A stretch of DNA of 64,000 nucleotides, taken from NCBI GenBank assembly GCA_012295275.1, contig CM022676.1:6262001-6326000 (forward strand), read 5' to 3'. Position 1 is the first letter of the stretch. Every line of letters begins with the position of its first letter. A program made the position numbers and the translations under genes. Shown here piece by piece: positions 26,212 to 60,064 of the stretch. This DNA is from Chrysomallon squamiferum (lineage: Eukaryota > Animalia > Mollusca). The notes beneath the pieces were generated by a model. That model saw only the letters and a program-made list of their open reading frames with translations. It ran no database searches and was not told the origin of the DNA.

Positions 26212-26954
26212 GAAAAAAAATAGAATGCATCATTTTTACGGCATCAGATTGCATCATTAAAATGTATATTCACAATATGATGAATAATTTCAAGTCTTCA
26301 AATAAATATAATTTGTGACAAAATACTGCTAAATTCAGAAATATAATAAAGGCCAATTACAAACGTTATATATAACAAGCTGGGAACAAATTTAAACTGA
26401 AACAAATTTCCTTTCTTCAAAAAAAAAAAGGTACATATTAAATGAAACATGGAGTATTTTTGTTTTCTGTTTTGTTTTCAGAAACAACATTTAAAAATGG
26501 ATTAAATGTTCAAATTCTTGTTGTAAATAAGAAGCAACAAAGTGTTTTTAATTTGCTAAGATAAACAATAAAACGATTTAAAAACCAATATATATATAAA
26601 AATAAATATTGAAAGCTGAATTAATACAAATGGAAAATAGTACGATAGGTAAATTGTGCATGAAATCTCTTCTCTTACCAGATATAATAAATATTTTATA
26701 CACATCAGACCATTATTAAAACATCATCTGAATTAAGATTTGTATGATATAATATATCATTTACTTATATTCTGATTAGTAAAATAATGATTTCAGCTGA
26801 TGCTAAATGTATTATATAAAAAAAAAAAAAAATTTCCAAAGTATTTGAATTAACTATAGTAAACATGTTTAAAGGGTTTGATGATATTTTTATTTTTATA
26901 TATGAAACTTTGCAGTGATTCTTTTTTTTTAATTATTATTATTATTATTATGTC

Positions 26955-27180
26955 AGTGTTTGGATAGCTAGTTTTAATTTCAAATTCAAAATCTGAAGAA
27001 TTTTCCTTTTCTGTTTAAAGTATATAAATCCTAAAACAAATATTATTTTAATTTTTTTTTTTATTTTATTTCTTTAATATTATTATTATTTGTTTTGTTT
27101 TTTTCAGTTGTTGGAGTGCTAGTTTTAATTTCAAATTTAAAATCTGAAAATTTCTTTTTCTGTTTAAACTATATAAATCG
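26955..27180. repeat. Two diverged copies of a ~75-bp segment
   Basis: gctagttttaatttcaaatt.aaaatctgaa..tttttctgtttaaa.tatataaatc at ~26967 and ~27118. Confidence 0.8.
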
Positions 27181-27753
27181 TGTGTTCTTTAACAAAAACA
27201 AATACTAAATAGTATTAAATTTTAAACAGTCAAATTCTTTAACAACAAATTGAGTATGCAGTAAACAAACATATTACTGACAGTGTGTCTTGTATAACAA
27301 ACAAACAAAATATCATAAATAATTATTAATCTCCATTAAATGTGAAATTCATCACAAATAGATCTCAAAGTGCATTTCAAAATATTACAAAACAATATTA
27401 TCATATAGAAATGGTCAAAAAAAAGAAAAAAAGAAAAGAAATGAAAAAAAAATGAAAAAACATAATACAACAAATCTCAATTTTCAAACTGCATCAACAG
27501 CATTGGTCACCAGTAGCCATAGCAACAGTTTAGTTAACTGGACTCTTATTGGCTGGCGATAAGGTGAAAGTTAAACAGTACTGGTTCACCAGCACAAGTA
27601 AGTTAGCTATAGCTTTTGTCAACTCAACTCTGATTGGCTGGTGATGAAGCAAAGTCAAATATGATTGGTCGACTGGCATTTTGGGCCAGGTTTCTCGAGT
27701 CGTCAGATCACTGTTCCAAATTCCAGTAGCTGCCAGATGTTGTTGCTGTTGCA

Positions 27754-48215
<20,462 letters not shown>

Positions 48216-48350
48216 CTTGGATTATTATTTGGTTGTCATGGCCATGCATAAGATTTTGGTAGTCAAACTGTTATAGATTAAATCTGAAAATAAAAAAATA
48301 TTAACTATAATTTTAACAATTGCAATAATAGTAATAATAATAAGGATGAC

Positions 48351-48394
<44 letters not shown>

Positions 48395-49410
48395 TAATAA
48401 CAATAAAAGCATTGTAACTCAAGGATAACAGTAATAATAATAACGATAATAATAATAATGATAATAACAATGATAATAGCATTTTATCTCATTTGTAAAC
48501 ATTATAATTCAAAAACAATTTTCCTGTATTTTTTTTTTCAAATAAATGGTTATCAATATCATTATAAATATTATCTTACAATATAATATTATTTATTAAT
48601 TAAAGTAAAAAAGAATAATTATTTTATTGTCCAGATGTTATTAATTTGATAATGAAGACAAACCATTTTGAAATTAATAGTAAAAAAAACAGCTATTGTC
48701 TTCATTACTGCAGTCAGTGATATACCAAAAAAAAAACATCATTTCATTATTTATATAGCCTAAAAACACTGACTGTTTGTTAAATATGAAATAATGAATG
48801 TATCCATATTAACTTTAAATAAAATCATCACCATCATCATCCTCATCATTATTTATCATTATTATTATTATTAATAGTATACCTCAAAATGTGCATCACA
48901 TTATGCAGAATATTTTATTTAAATCCAAACTATTGATTCCTTTTTATATATATATAGTATATTTATATACACCATTTCTATATGAATAACCATGTTAACA
49001 TCAGTACTGTGACAGTTCTAATTTTATCCTATTGTTTTTGGCACAGAATCTAACTGAAAGGTCAACAGCATATATTTATGAATATTAATCATAAAAGGAA
49101 GGTTTTATCTATATGCTTGGATGAGTGTGGTGGCCAAGATCTATATGTCCATTGTATGTGTGTGTGTGTCCATCCATCTACCTATATATATTTCTTTATC
49201 TCTCTCTCTCTTTCTCTCCACAAAAAACAAACAAACACAGATACATTCACAAATGTATAAAGACAGAGACAGATAGACAGACAGATGTAAACAGACAGAC
49301 CAACATAATAATTAAATGAATGCAACTTATGTAATAAGGCTTAGACAATTTATTTGGCAAGGATATGTGTATGAATATACATATACATAAACCATTCATA
49401 TTCCAGAAAC

Positions 49411-49452
<42 letters not shown>

Positions 49453-49627
49453 GGAATCATCCATGGTTATATGTGCACACACTAAAGGCGTGCTAGTTTC
49501 TATCTTATCACATTAAATGTCAGTTACTAAAGTGTATTTCATATCTTGTCAATGAATGCAGTTAGTAATCTCTGTTATCAACTTAATCATAAACAGATGA
49601 ATATAAATTACACACACACACACACAC

Positions 49628-49672
<45 letters not shown>

Positions 49673-50629
49673 GCTGTTGAAAACAAATTATGATAAGAAT
49701 GAAGAAAATTTAATAAATAAATCAATCAATAAAGAATGAAATAAAGAAATGAAATAAATTAAAATAATATAAAATAAAATTAAGAAATGACACGGAACAA
49801 TTAAAAATCAAATAAAAGAAATAAAGACATAATATGAAATAATAAAAATAAACAATTAAAATAAAATAAAATCAGTAATAAACACATTTTTAAAAATTAA
49901 TAAGTGAAATCAATTAAAATAATAAATGAAATAAAATAAAACTTTTAAATAATGCAGAAACAAAATTTTACATTTTCAGAATGTTTCAAAAGAATTATCT
50001 TTTCAGAAACAATAAAATCAATAATTAAAAAAATAATAATTAAAATTAAAAAAGAAAATTAATCATCTTTGTATCAAAAATAAATAGTTAAGGACCTCTT
50101 AAAATGTTCTTAAATTCTCTAACATTTTAATTGTAGTTATTAAATTTTGTTAGCAAGTTAGCATGTAAAAAAAAAAAAAAAAAAAATAATAATAATAATA
50201 ATAATAAAAAAATAAAAATAAAAATAAGGAAAATAAAGATAAATTAAGAATGCCTATAAAATAAATATGAAAAAAAAAAATTTCTAACATTTGTCATCAT
50301 CACTTACAATTTTAAATCTTCTATAGAAGTAAATAGATATCAATATTATTGATATATTTTAGCATTCAAAATACTTTTTTAAACCTCCTTAAATTAACAT
50401 TAATATCTATCCAACACCCACATTAAATGTTGATCCAAACAGAAATCAGATAATTATGTATTGAAAATAAAATCTTCAGCTACATTAACATCCTGACATC
50501 TGTATCAAATCACCAATTAAATATCATTATGTTAAAAACTTTAATACTTAATTTCTAACCAAGCCCTTTTCATACTGCAAAGCTTTCCATACAGATAGAT
50601 ATTATAATTACACAAAATTTATTTATATA

Positions 50630-51050
50630 TATAGTTCAAATTCAGTTACAACTATTGATTTAAATGCATTAAGCCTATTTTTAACATAAGACCTTTTTTT
50701 ATTTATTTTAATACCTTGTTTAGAGAGATATATAGTTGTTAAGAAGAAATGTACACAAAACTTTACAATGCAGCCCATCTAAAGATATCAAATGTTATCA
50801 GTGATAGAATTTCAATTACAACTATTAACTTAAATGCAGTAAGCCTATTTTTAATGTAAGACCTTTTAAATTTATTTTAATGCATTTGGGGTTTTTAAGA
50901 GATATATTGCTGTTAAGAAGAATTGTACCCAAATCTTTACAGCCAATTTGAATTACAACTATTGACTTAAATGTGGGACCTTTTGCACTTACTTTAAAGC
51001 TTTATTTAGATATACATGACTGTCAAGAAGAACAATAACTTGCTATAAAC
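50630..51050. repeat. Diverged ~175-bp tandem duplication (2-3 units)
   Basis: ttacaactatt.a.ttaaatgca.taagcctattttt..taagaccttt at ~50646, ~50816 and ~50952. Confidence 0.8.
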
Positions 51051-51150
51051 TTTATCCAAATGTCCTATTTGGAAATACTCCATCCACCCCATAACCATCA
51101 TATTTACTGCACTCCCTCTTTTGAAATTACAGATCTGCCATTTATCATAC

Positions 51151-51217
51151 CATTCAGAGAATAAGGAAAAACATTTTCAATTTCATTCAGAGAATAAGGA
51201 AAAACATTTTCAATTTC
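51151..51217. repeat. Perfect 33-bp tandem duplication
   Basis: cattcagagaataaggaaaaacattttcaattt x2. Confidence 0.95.
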
Positions 51218-51988
51218 TTTTCTTAAAACTGGATCTGTTCTTGTTTTACCACTGGATAAACGATGAATACATTTTCTCCCCCTTTTCTGAAAACTGGATC
51301 TGCTCTGATTTTTGTGACTGGATTAATAATAAATAAATTTTCCATCTCTTTTCTGAAAACCAGATCTGCACCATCATAAACAATATTGAATGATGAACAT
51401 ATTTTGTTTCGGAAATCCTGTCATGCTAAACCAGTAAATGTTTTATTTATCAAGTGCTGCTTCTCTTATTTGTGAAATGTTGACAGATTACTGAATTATG
51501 CTTGTTCATGTGTCTGTTTGTTTGTGCCATCTTTATCTAGTATTACAAAAATGAACCACTTTTATTATACTTCAAAACATACCTGAAAGAGTACTGTACA
51601 TGCAACTCATTCATAAACTTTACTTGTTTAATGATAAAACAATAATAATTAGGTAAAGCATTACAATAAAAATGATTTACTATCATGTTAAAATAATATC
51701 TGTATTCATCAACAAGTTCCATATTTTTCACCTTACATATTAACCTGAATTATTTGATAAGTAACTCATTTATGTGGTATACTTTGCAACAGAAATATAA
51801 AAAAAATAGTTAAATAACCTTTCTTTTCAGTAGTTTTTTTCAATTTTTTGATATATATATATATCAAATTTCCATTTGTATTTCGGTGTCTGTTAAAATG
51901 TTAAACTGCATAAAGAAATTTAATACTTGCATAAATCATAGTCATTTGTGAAACATAGACATGCCATTTCATTATTTCTCTCTCCTCT

Positions 51989-52035
<47 letters not shown>

Positions 52036-52234
52036 TCACTGCCTCTTAATCTTATGTTTACACTCCTTTCCTCTCTTTCTCACCCCACCAATCAATACAT
52101 ATTTCAGTGCCTCTTATATTTATATATCACCCTTAGTTTTCTTTCTCCCTTGCACACATACACACAAACACACACACACACACTTCTTATATTTACATAT
52201 TCCCCTCTCCTTACCCTCTTCTCTCTCTCTTTTT

Positions 52235-52287
<53 letters not shown>

Positions 52288-52802
52288 AGACAGTAGACAT
52301 ACCAATATATAATTTAAACTTCAACATAATCTCTTCAGTACGGCTGTAACTATGAATCTATGCCAGCACATATTTGGTAGATCAGCAAACTCTGCAGGGT
52401 AAACCATATGATGCACTGAATTCAGGGCTGTAAGATCACCTTGTTACTAAATCTGTCTGCTAGAGTGTGGCTGATGTAAGAGCTGTTTCACAGCAAAAAT
52501 AACATTGTTAAGCTTTGTGAAATCCACGAGTTCACATGAGATATGAGTATGCATATCCCTGTTAATATAATTAGATTCATTGACATAGTAGAATTTATGA
52601 TTTTGTCAGCAGCATTAGTGTGGGATACATTACTAAAAAGAATGCTTGAAAAATATATATATATATTAATATGTACACATGTCTGTATATAATTCATATA
52701 GGTATCTACAAACACAGATACCCAGAAAAAAATGCATCCACAAAATATAGACAACTCACAACATATTCTGATATACACTTGTGATATACCAAGTATAAAA
52801 CA

Positions 52803-52852
<50 letters not shown>

Positions 52853-54529
52853 ATTTGTAACTCCACACTTAACACACAGACATAACCACCTCTTTATACA
52901 ACATAAAAATTTAAGAAAACAGTGATAAAAGGGAATATTTTAAAATGTCTAGACCTATGCATTACAAATTATGATACACTCTCCGCTGGGTGAATATTAT
53001 TAATGAAAATGAAGCTAAATTAAATATGAATTATCCAAACAAAACCACATACACACAAAAAAAAAAAAAAAAAAAAATCCCTTAAACATATTTGTAGTAT
53101 TTTGTGGGCTTTTTTCAAGTATTAAATTATTTTTTATTCTTTTGTGAATATGCATATTTATATGTTTTTACATATTTATAAAAATACATAAGTTTTACAT
53201 TTTTAAATTTTAATTTAACATTAATTTTGATAAGATATATTTATTCAAAAGCTTCCTGATACATATTTTTAAATTTTTATTTAAAAAAAATTAGCAAATA
53301 AAATTTCAAACTTTTATTACAGATATTCATTTTACAGATATTTTTAACATACAGATGTTTGATATAAAAACCAAAAAATATTAGTTTGCATTTTAAATGA
53401 ATACCATTTTTGCAATGACAAAAAACATATATCTGTCAAACATCAATCTATCCATTAAAGACAAAAATGAATTAAATGCAATAATCATGAATACATATTT
53501 AAAAATAACTAAACCATTTCATTTATCATAAACCTCCTTCCTTTTAACCATTTATTTCTTTACTTCATTTCTCTCTTTTTCTCAAATGTTTCCCCTTTCT
53601 CAAAACATATTCCTGCTTCTAATATTTCTATAACCCATCCCTCCCATTTTCTCTTCTTTCACAAAACAGTCTTGCCATCCATTTTCTGAATGTAACTTTC
53701 TTTAATCACATACCTAAGTCTTTCCACTTCATATTAAATATAAATGTATTAATAAATCTAGTTTACTGTTTATTGATCCAACAACTGATCCATCTTTCTA
53801 GATGTCTTTCTCATTTTCTGTCACTCACTCTCTTTCTTCCTGTCATCTAGTCTACCTTCCCTCCTACATTTTCATGTCAACATTTAAAAAATTACCATTT
53901 CATATCAAAATAATAAAAAAATGGCAAATTATTTAGTTCTTGACCACAACTGATCTAACACTTTTTGAAATCTAATTAAGCTTCATCTTGCTCTCATAAT
54001 TTAATAAAGAACTGATATATTAGCTAACAGATCTATCAGATCCATAATTCATTCTTCCTTTTCTTACTGTCTGTCTGTCTTTCTGACAACTTATAATCTC
54101 TTCCTCTCTCTCTCTCTCATGACTGATTAAAAAAGAATCAATAATTTATTAGGATTCTGACTGTTCAGATCTATTATTTATTCTTTTTGTATTGTCTGCC
54201 TTTCTGTTGGTCTGTATTGCCTAATCCATTTCTTTTTTAATATAAAATTGATAAATAATTCAGCTTAGTTATCTTTCAGGGTTTTTTAATTGTCTTTCTA
54301 CTGGTCTATGTTTCCTTCCCTTTCATTTTCACATAAAAATTGATAAACAGTTTACATCTTTCAGTTTTTTATTTTGATAGTCCTTTTTTTTTAAACATAT
54401 AATTTTAAAATAATTTTATTATGTCTGGATTCTTTGTTTTTTAAATTGTCTTTCTTTCTGTTGGTCTGTACTGCCACACTTTTCATTTTCAAATATAAAA
54501 ATTGATAAATAATTTAGCTTATTGATCTA

Positions 54530-54566
<37 letters not shown>

Positions 54567-55254
54567 CAATAATTGACTTTCTATTAGTCCAAATTTCCCT
54601 TCCTCTTCTTTTTAAATATAAAATTTAAAAAAAAAAGTGATCTTACTATATTCATTTTTTTTTAAATTAGATTTTACTAAACTGTTTTTCCATTGGTCTG
54701 TTTCTGCAGCTCCCTCTCATTTTTTTTTCAAATATAAAACTAATAAATACTTTACCTTAGGCCATTCTATCATATTCATTTGTGATTTATTTTGTTTTTT
54801 TTTTATCATCTTTCCATTGGACTGTATCTCCCACCCTATTCTGTTTTCACATACATGTAAGTTCTTATAAATTATTTAGTTTACTGACCCAGCGAGAAAG
54901 ACTATCTAATCCTGCTGGTGAGGCACACATAATGAATGCAGCTGTCATCTATGTAATGGTACTTCACTATAGCCAAATGGGAAGTGGGTAAAAAAAAAAC
55001 AGCTGGCTGGCTGGCTGTATTGTGCAAAGGTCAACCACCGATTTGAAGTAATACATGAACTAAGACACTGACACTAATGTGATGCAAATTTATTTATGTG
55101 TCTTTCAGTTTTTTTTAATTGTCTAACTGTTGCTGTACATGGCTTCCTCCTTCTCATATAATATATTACACAAACAATTCAAAAAAAAAAAAAAAAAAAA
55201 ATATTTGTTAAAGATCCAGAAAAGATCTACAACAACATAAGCAAAATAGCTAAA

Positions 55255-55295
<41 letters not shown>

Positions 55296-57297
55296 ATAAT
55301 AATAATAATAATAATTAATTAATAAATAAAAATTGGTAACAGTGGTTTTGAATGTGAGCAGTGTAAGATGATCTTGAAGGAATTTTGTATTAAACAATTA
55401 AGAATAATATGTCAGTATGTAGGGCAAAACAGAAAAGAAAGAGAGCTCTCAGAAACAACAAGAAATGTACTGTCAAAACTTAAAACTGCTAACAATGACC
55501 ATCTCCACAGCTATATTACATAGAAAGAAAGAATGAAAGAAAGAAATGAGTAGGGCAAATAAAGGAATACAAAATAGTAGTAATGTACAAAATCTATAAT
55601 AATGGATAACAAATTTTAAAATATATATATATTATTCTAGACAATACAGATCCAGAACCAAGTAATTAAAAAAACAAACAATAAAAAATCAAGGGTTGTT
55701 ATTTTCATCGATAGAAATTTCAAAATAAAATTAATTTTATAACAAAGAAAACAATAATGATGAGCAACTCTTGCATTCACTGATTTCCATCTCCCTTAAA
55801 ATAAAAAAAAAAAAAAAAAAAAAAACCAGGATGCAGTGACCTCACTGAATCAGTGTTCTGTTAATAATTATGTAAAACTACACTATAAATTTGTTTTCAG
55901 TACAAACTCAGTGACTTGTCTTATCAACAGTACATTCTTATCAGTCAGGTGAAAGTGCATATAAAATAGTGTATATATACATAATGCTGATTCAGCAGAA
56001 AGGATGCCCTATCTAACCTCACATTTCTTCCCAAATACTTTGTTAAAATCTAGGACATATATGGAAGAGTCCAGCAAGTTTATGTTACAAGATCTGAATG
56101 ATTATGATGATAATTATTTTGTCCTTGGGATATATTTCTATCAAATATAAGAAATGGGTTTAACTTCAGTAATTAGAAAATTTTGGAAGTAAATAAATCA
56201 TTATAAAGAAGAGTTCTAAGAAGAAGAAGAATCATCATAAAGAAAGATCCAATATAAAATTATACATTCTAATCAAATAAATGTAGATTGTGGAAATATT
56301 TATGATATTATTTTGAGTTATGGACAATTTGTATATTATGTCAGGTTATCAAATTTCACACAGATCTAAAAAAAAGGTGACCTCTGCATCATTAAATACA
56401 ATATATTCTTAATATTCATAAAATTAAAAAATTAAAAAAATTAAAATACGAGAAAGGAAATGACCTAGCAATTTAGATGAGTTACATAATCAAGCATAAA
56501 CAAAATGATTGAACCAGTATAGACTGCAAAATCAAAACTTCTATTCAATGCATGTGTTATTATTCGAGTTATTAATACAATTTATTTAACCTTTTTGGTC
56601 ACAATGCATTGTGTATTATTTTATAAACTGAAATATGATAGTTTGATTATGTAAAAATGCCTAATAAATTATAGTTACTCATCGGCTACCAGGCAGTCAT
56701 CTATATTTTTAACTGCTAAACAACAATAAACTAATAATAGTAAATATAATAAAAGAAAATAAATAGAAAAGAAAAGAGTAAAGTTCCAAATTATCCAATG
56801 TAGTTTTATTTTTTATTTTTTTTTATTTTTTTTTTTCCATCTATAATATATTAAAAATGAAAACAGAGTAAAAAAAAAAACTTTTAATTTTATTGAGTCC
56901 CAGCTGATGTGGATTGAATTCTTTCAAATTAGTCTACACAATGGAAAGGAGAATAAATACATGGTTTATTCTAAAGACTTTTAATCCTATCTTTTAACAG
57001 AAATTATATAATTTACAACTATAAATTTGATGACTATGAATGTTTTCTTTTCGTTATTTCTTCTTCTTCTTTTTTTTTTTTTTTAAATACCATACTGCAA
57101 TCGCTGGCTGGGTCGTTCTTTTCACTTTGTTTTCAATGATTTTACTTTCTGTTTTCCTTATATTAAATAAACAGTAGCTGTTTGTTGATTATAAGATAAA
57201 ACTAGTTCATTAAAACATCATTAAAATAAAAAATAAACGATATTTTTAAAAAAATAATAATGTAAAATAAAACTAAATAAGCTGAAAAACACGTCAC

Positions 57298-57500
57298 CTT
57301 CAGAAAGACAAGAACTGAACGCTTCTTTGTTCGTTCTAGATAACTCGAAAGCAGACGACAGTCTTAAACGTGAAGAAATTATTTATGTCTGATGGAATAA
57401 CAGTAAATATCCATATAACATTAAATGTCTCAACAGTAAATGAAAAACAAAGAAGGATATATATAAACTTACATTTCAGTAATCAGCAATGGACGATTTT
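57298..57500 (-). other. Probable non-coding first exon (5'UTR) of the ABCG gene
   Basis: Ends at AAG|gtgacg donor (57298/57297) just downstream of a CpG-richer promoter-motif cluster; coding exon 1 has a splice acceptor at 48284 and so needs an upstream exon. The 5' end is approximate. Confidence 0.55.
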
Positions 57501-57504
57501 TGCT

Positions 57505-57590
57505 TTTACCCGTCACGTGACAGATGTATTGACGGAAGTAGTGAAACCCAATGAAAAAACGTGACGTTTGAAAGCGCGAAAAGCCGATCA
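57505..57590. promoter_or_regulatory. Proximal promoter motif cluster for ABCG gene
   Basis: GTCACGTGAC (57512-57521, palindromic E-box/CLEAR), CGGAAGT (57533-57539, ETS), CCAAT (57548-57552), ACGTGACGT (57559-57567, CRE-like), TTTGAAA+GCGCGAAA (57567-57581, CHR/E2F-like). Confidence 0.6.
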
Positions 57591-58262
57591 GCTGTTTTTT
57601 ATTCAGATTAATTTTTTGAATCTTTTTCTTTATTATAACTCACTGTTATTTATTTATTTATTTTCTGAAATGAATAAGAGAAAGTGGGATCACGCTCTCA
57701 GTAATTTGTTTTGTTTGTTTGTTTTTAAATATTTTATAAAAATACACACAGTAGGAAGGTGCGGATGTTTTGGTTATCTGTTATTTTTAAGTGCGCGTTG
57801 TACATACTTCAAATTAATTCATGAGAACTATAGTAAATACATTTAAACATCACCTATGTAGACATTTAAAAAACATTTTTATTTTATATAATTAAACAGT
57901 TTGCAAATAAAAAATTCATAGTATACCAACTAATTAACACAATGTACAGACCATTAACGGAAAGTAAATTTGAAAAAAATAAAAAATAAAATAAAAAACC
58001 CAGTATTTTTTGTTTATTTAAAAAGTATATTGTTCTGCACTCTAGCTGTTAATAAAGTAACTATGGAAGAAGTCGAGCAAGCTAGATTTCTTAAGAGTTA
58101 GAAAAAAATATATATAGCAATAATAACCCCCTTCTCGAATCTTCTCTAAATTATAAAAAGAATTAAAAAAAAAAAACTTTTTTTTTTGGGGGGCAGTATT
58201 TAAATATTTGTTTTGGGGAGCTGTCTCTTTTTATTTATTTATTTATTATCTTTTCAAAAACG

Positions 58263-58297
<35 letters not shown>

Positions 58298-59162
58298 TGA
58301 CAACAAAGGGCTTTGCTATTATATGTCTGCATGTATGACTTTTTAATTATAAAGGCAAATGTTACTGTCTCCAAATAAACGGAAAGATGCGGAAATCTTT
58401 AGGATACAACGTGAGCAATATCAGACTAGTACCTGAAATTAATTAAAAGACTAGCTATCTAGTGGGCACTTACCGATGCTTAAAAACTGAGAATGACCTA
58501 TTTTTCTTTTCGCATCTTTGTGAAAATGTCGAAATTCTTTTCAATAACTGACTTAGTGATGGAGTTTTGTTTCATAATCATCCGGCATATTTCAGTGAGT
58601 TAGAGCACGCGCGGTTTCACATAGTAAAATAAATAGGTCAAAATAACCTATAGTCTGCACGCATTTATTATTATTATTATTATTATTTTTGATGGCGTTG
58701 ACTCATAAACGAGAATGGTAAAAAATAAAGTTCGTGTCCCTTTAACTAAACATAAACGTAGAAATAATTCAAAGAACGGACTAACAAAGTGGGCACCTTG
58801 TGTTCAAAACAGGTCATCGACTTAATTAACTTAAACACAAAGATAAATGGCCGAGTTAGTGTGTCAGCTCTGACGTAACGGACAAGGGTAGCTGTAATTT
58901 CAGTGGCATTGTTAACCGGTATCCAAAGTCTAACATGTATCGTCTTGTCATGGCCAGAGTTATCTCAGCCTCAGCTAAAAATAGAATCTTACTTCTGCTA
59001 GCTTCTTTCTCATTTACTGTGTCATTCTTGATAAAGACAGTGATAGACCGATAGTTAATAACAATATATATATATATAAAATAATAATAATAAATAAATT
59101 AATTAAAAATGAATCATATATATAGACAGATAGATATAGATAAATTTGTCAACTTTCATTGT

Positions 59163-59195
<33 letters not shown>

Positions 59196-60064
59196 TAATA
59201 AAATAAAAAAAAAATGAAAAAGAAATAAAAACGTGAAAATACTAAAAAGAATTAATAAAAATAAAAGCAAATGTGATACAGAAACATGGCACGTGCTAAT
59301 GATGTACTACCCACAAAGAATAAATGATCCGAAATAAACACGCAGAACCCTTAACAGTTATATGTTAATCAAATTGTGCGTTTTTCAAAACATTTTGTTA
59401 GCTGTCACATGAAGTAAACACTTCTATAAAATTTTAACATTAGTCTAAACGATTTGTTTTATAAAGTCTTATAAATTTAACTGTGCCATTTTCTAAAAAT
59501 AAAATAAATAAATGATATAAAGGCAATATTTTAAAATAATAAAACAAAGCACACGTACATTTATGTGCATTGTTCTGAACTTCGGGTTACCGACCAGCAA
59601 ATCGTGTGAATCGTAACCACGAGGTCATGCTCTTTTGACCTGTTGACACAGGTTCACGACCTTAGGCTAAACCTTATAGTATATAACACTATTCGTATCT
59701 TTTCCATGGTTTATTTTCAAGTATGCTGGGCAGAACTTGTTTTGACATCAGTGTGTCATTTCAGTAATACGTAATTTAGCTTCTATCTTTGAAATACGAA
59801 ATTCTGTGTTAGAACGAAATTTTAATAATAAATAATAATAATAATAATAATAATAATGTAAATGATAATAATAATATTAATATTTTTTTTTTTTCCTGTA
59901 AAGATTATTTATATATAATAAATATCCATTTAACAGTTATAATATGCAACTACTTATAAGTTGTTTGAATGCTGGCTTGGTGTCTGGATCTTCATAGGCC
60001 AGAAGCTCAAACCTCCTTGGTACACCATTTGAGTTATTTCCCCATCACAGGTATACAAAATAAT

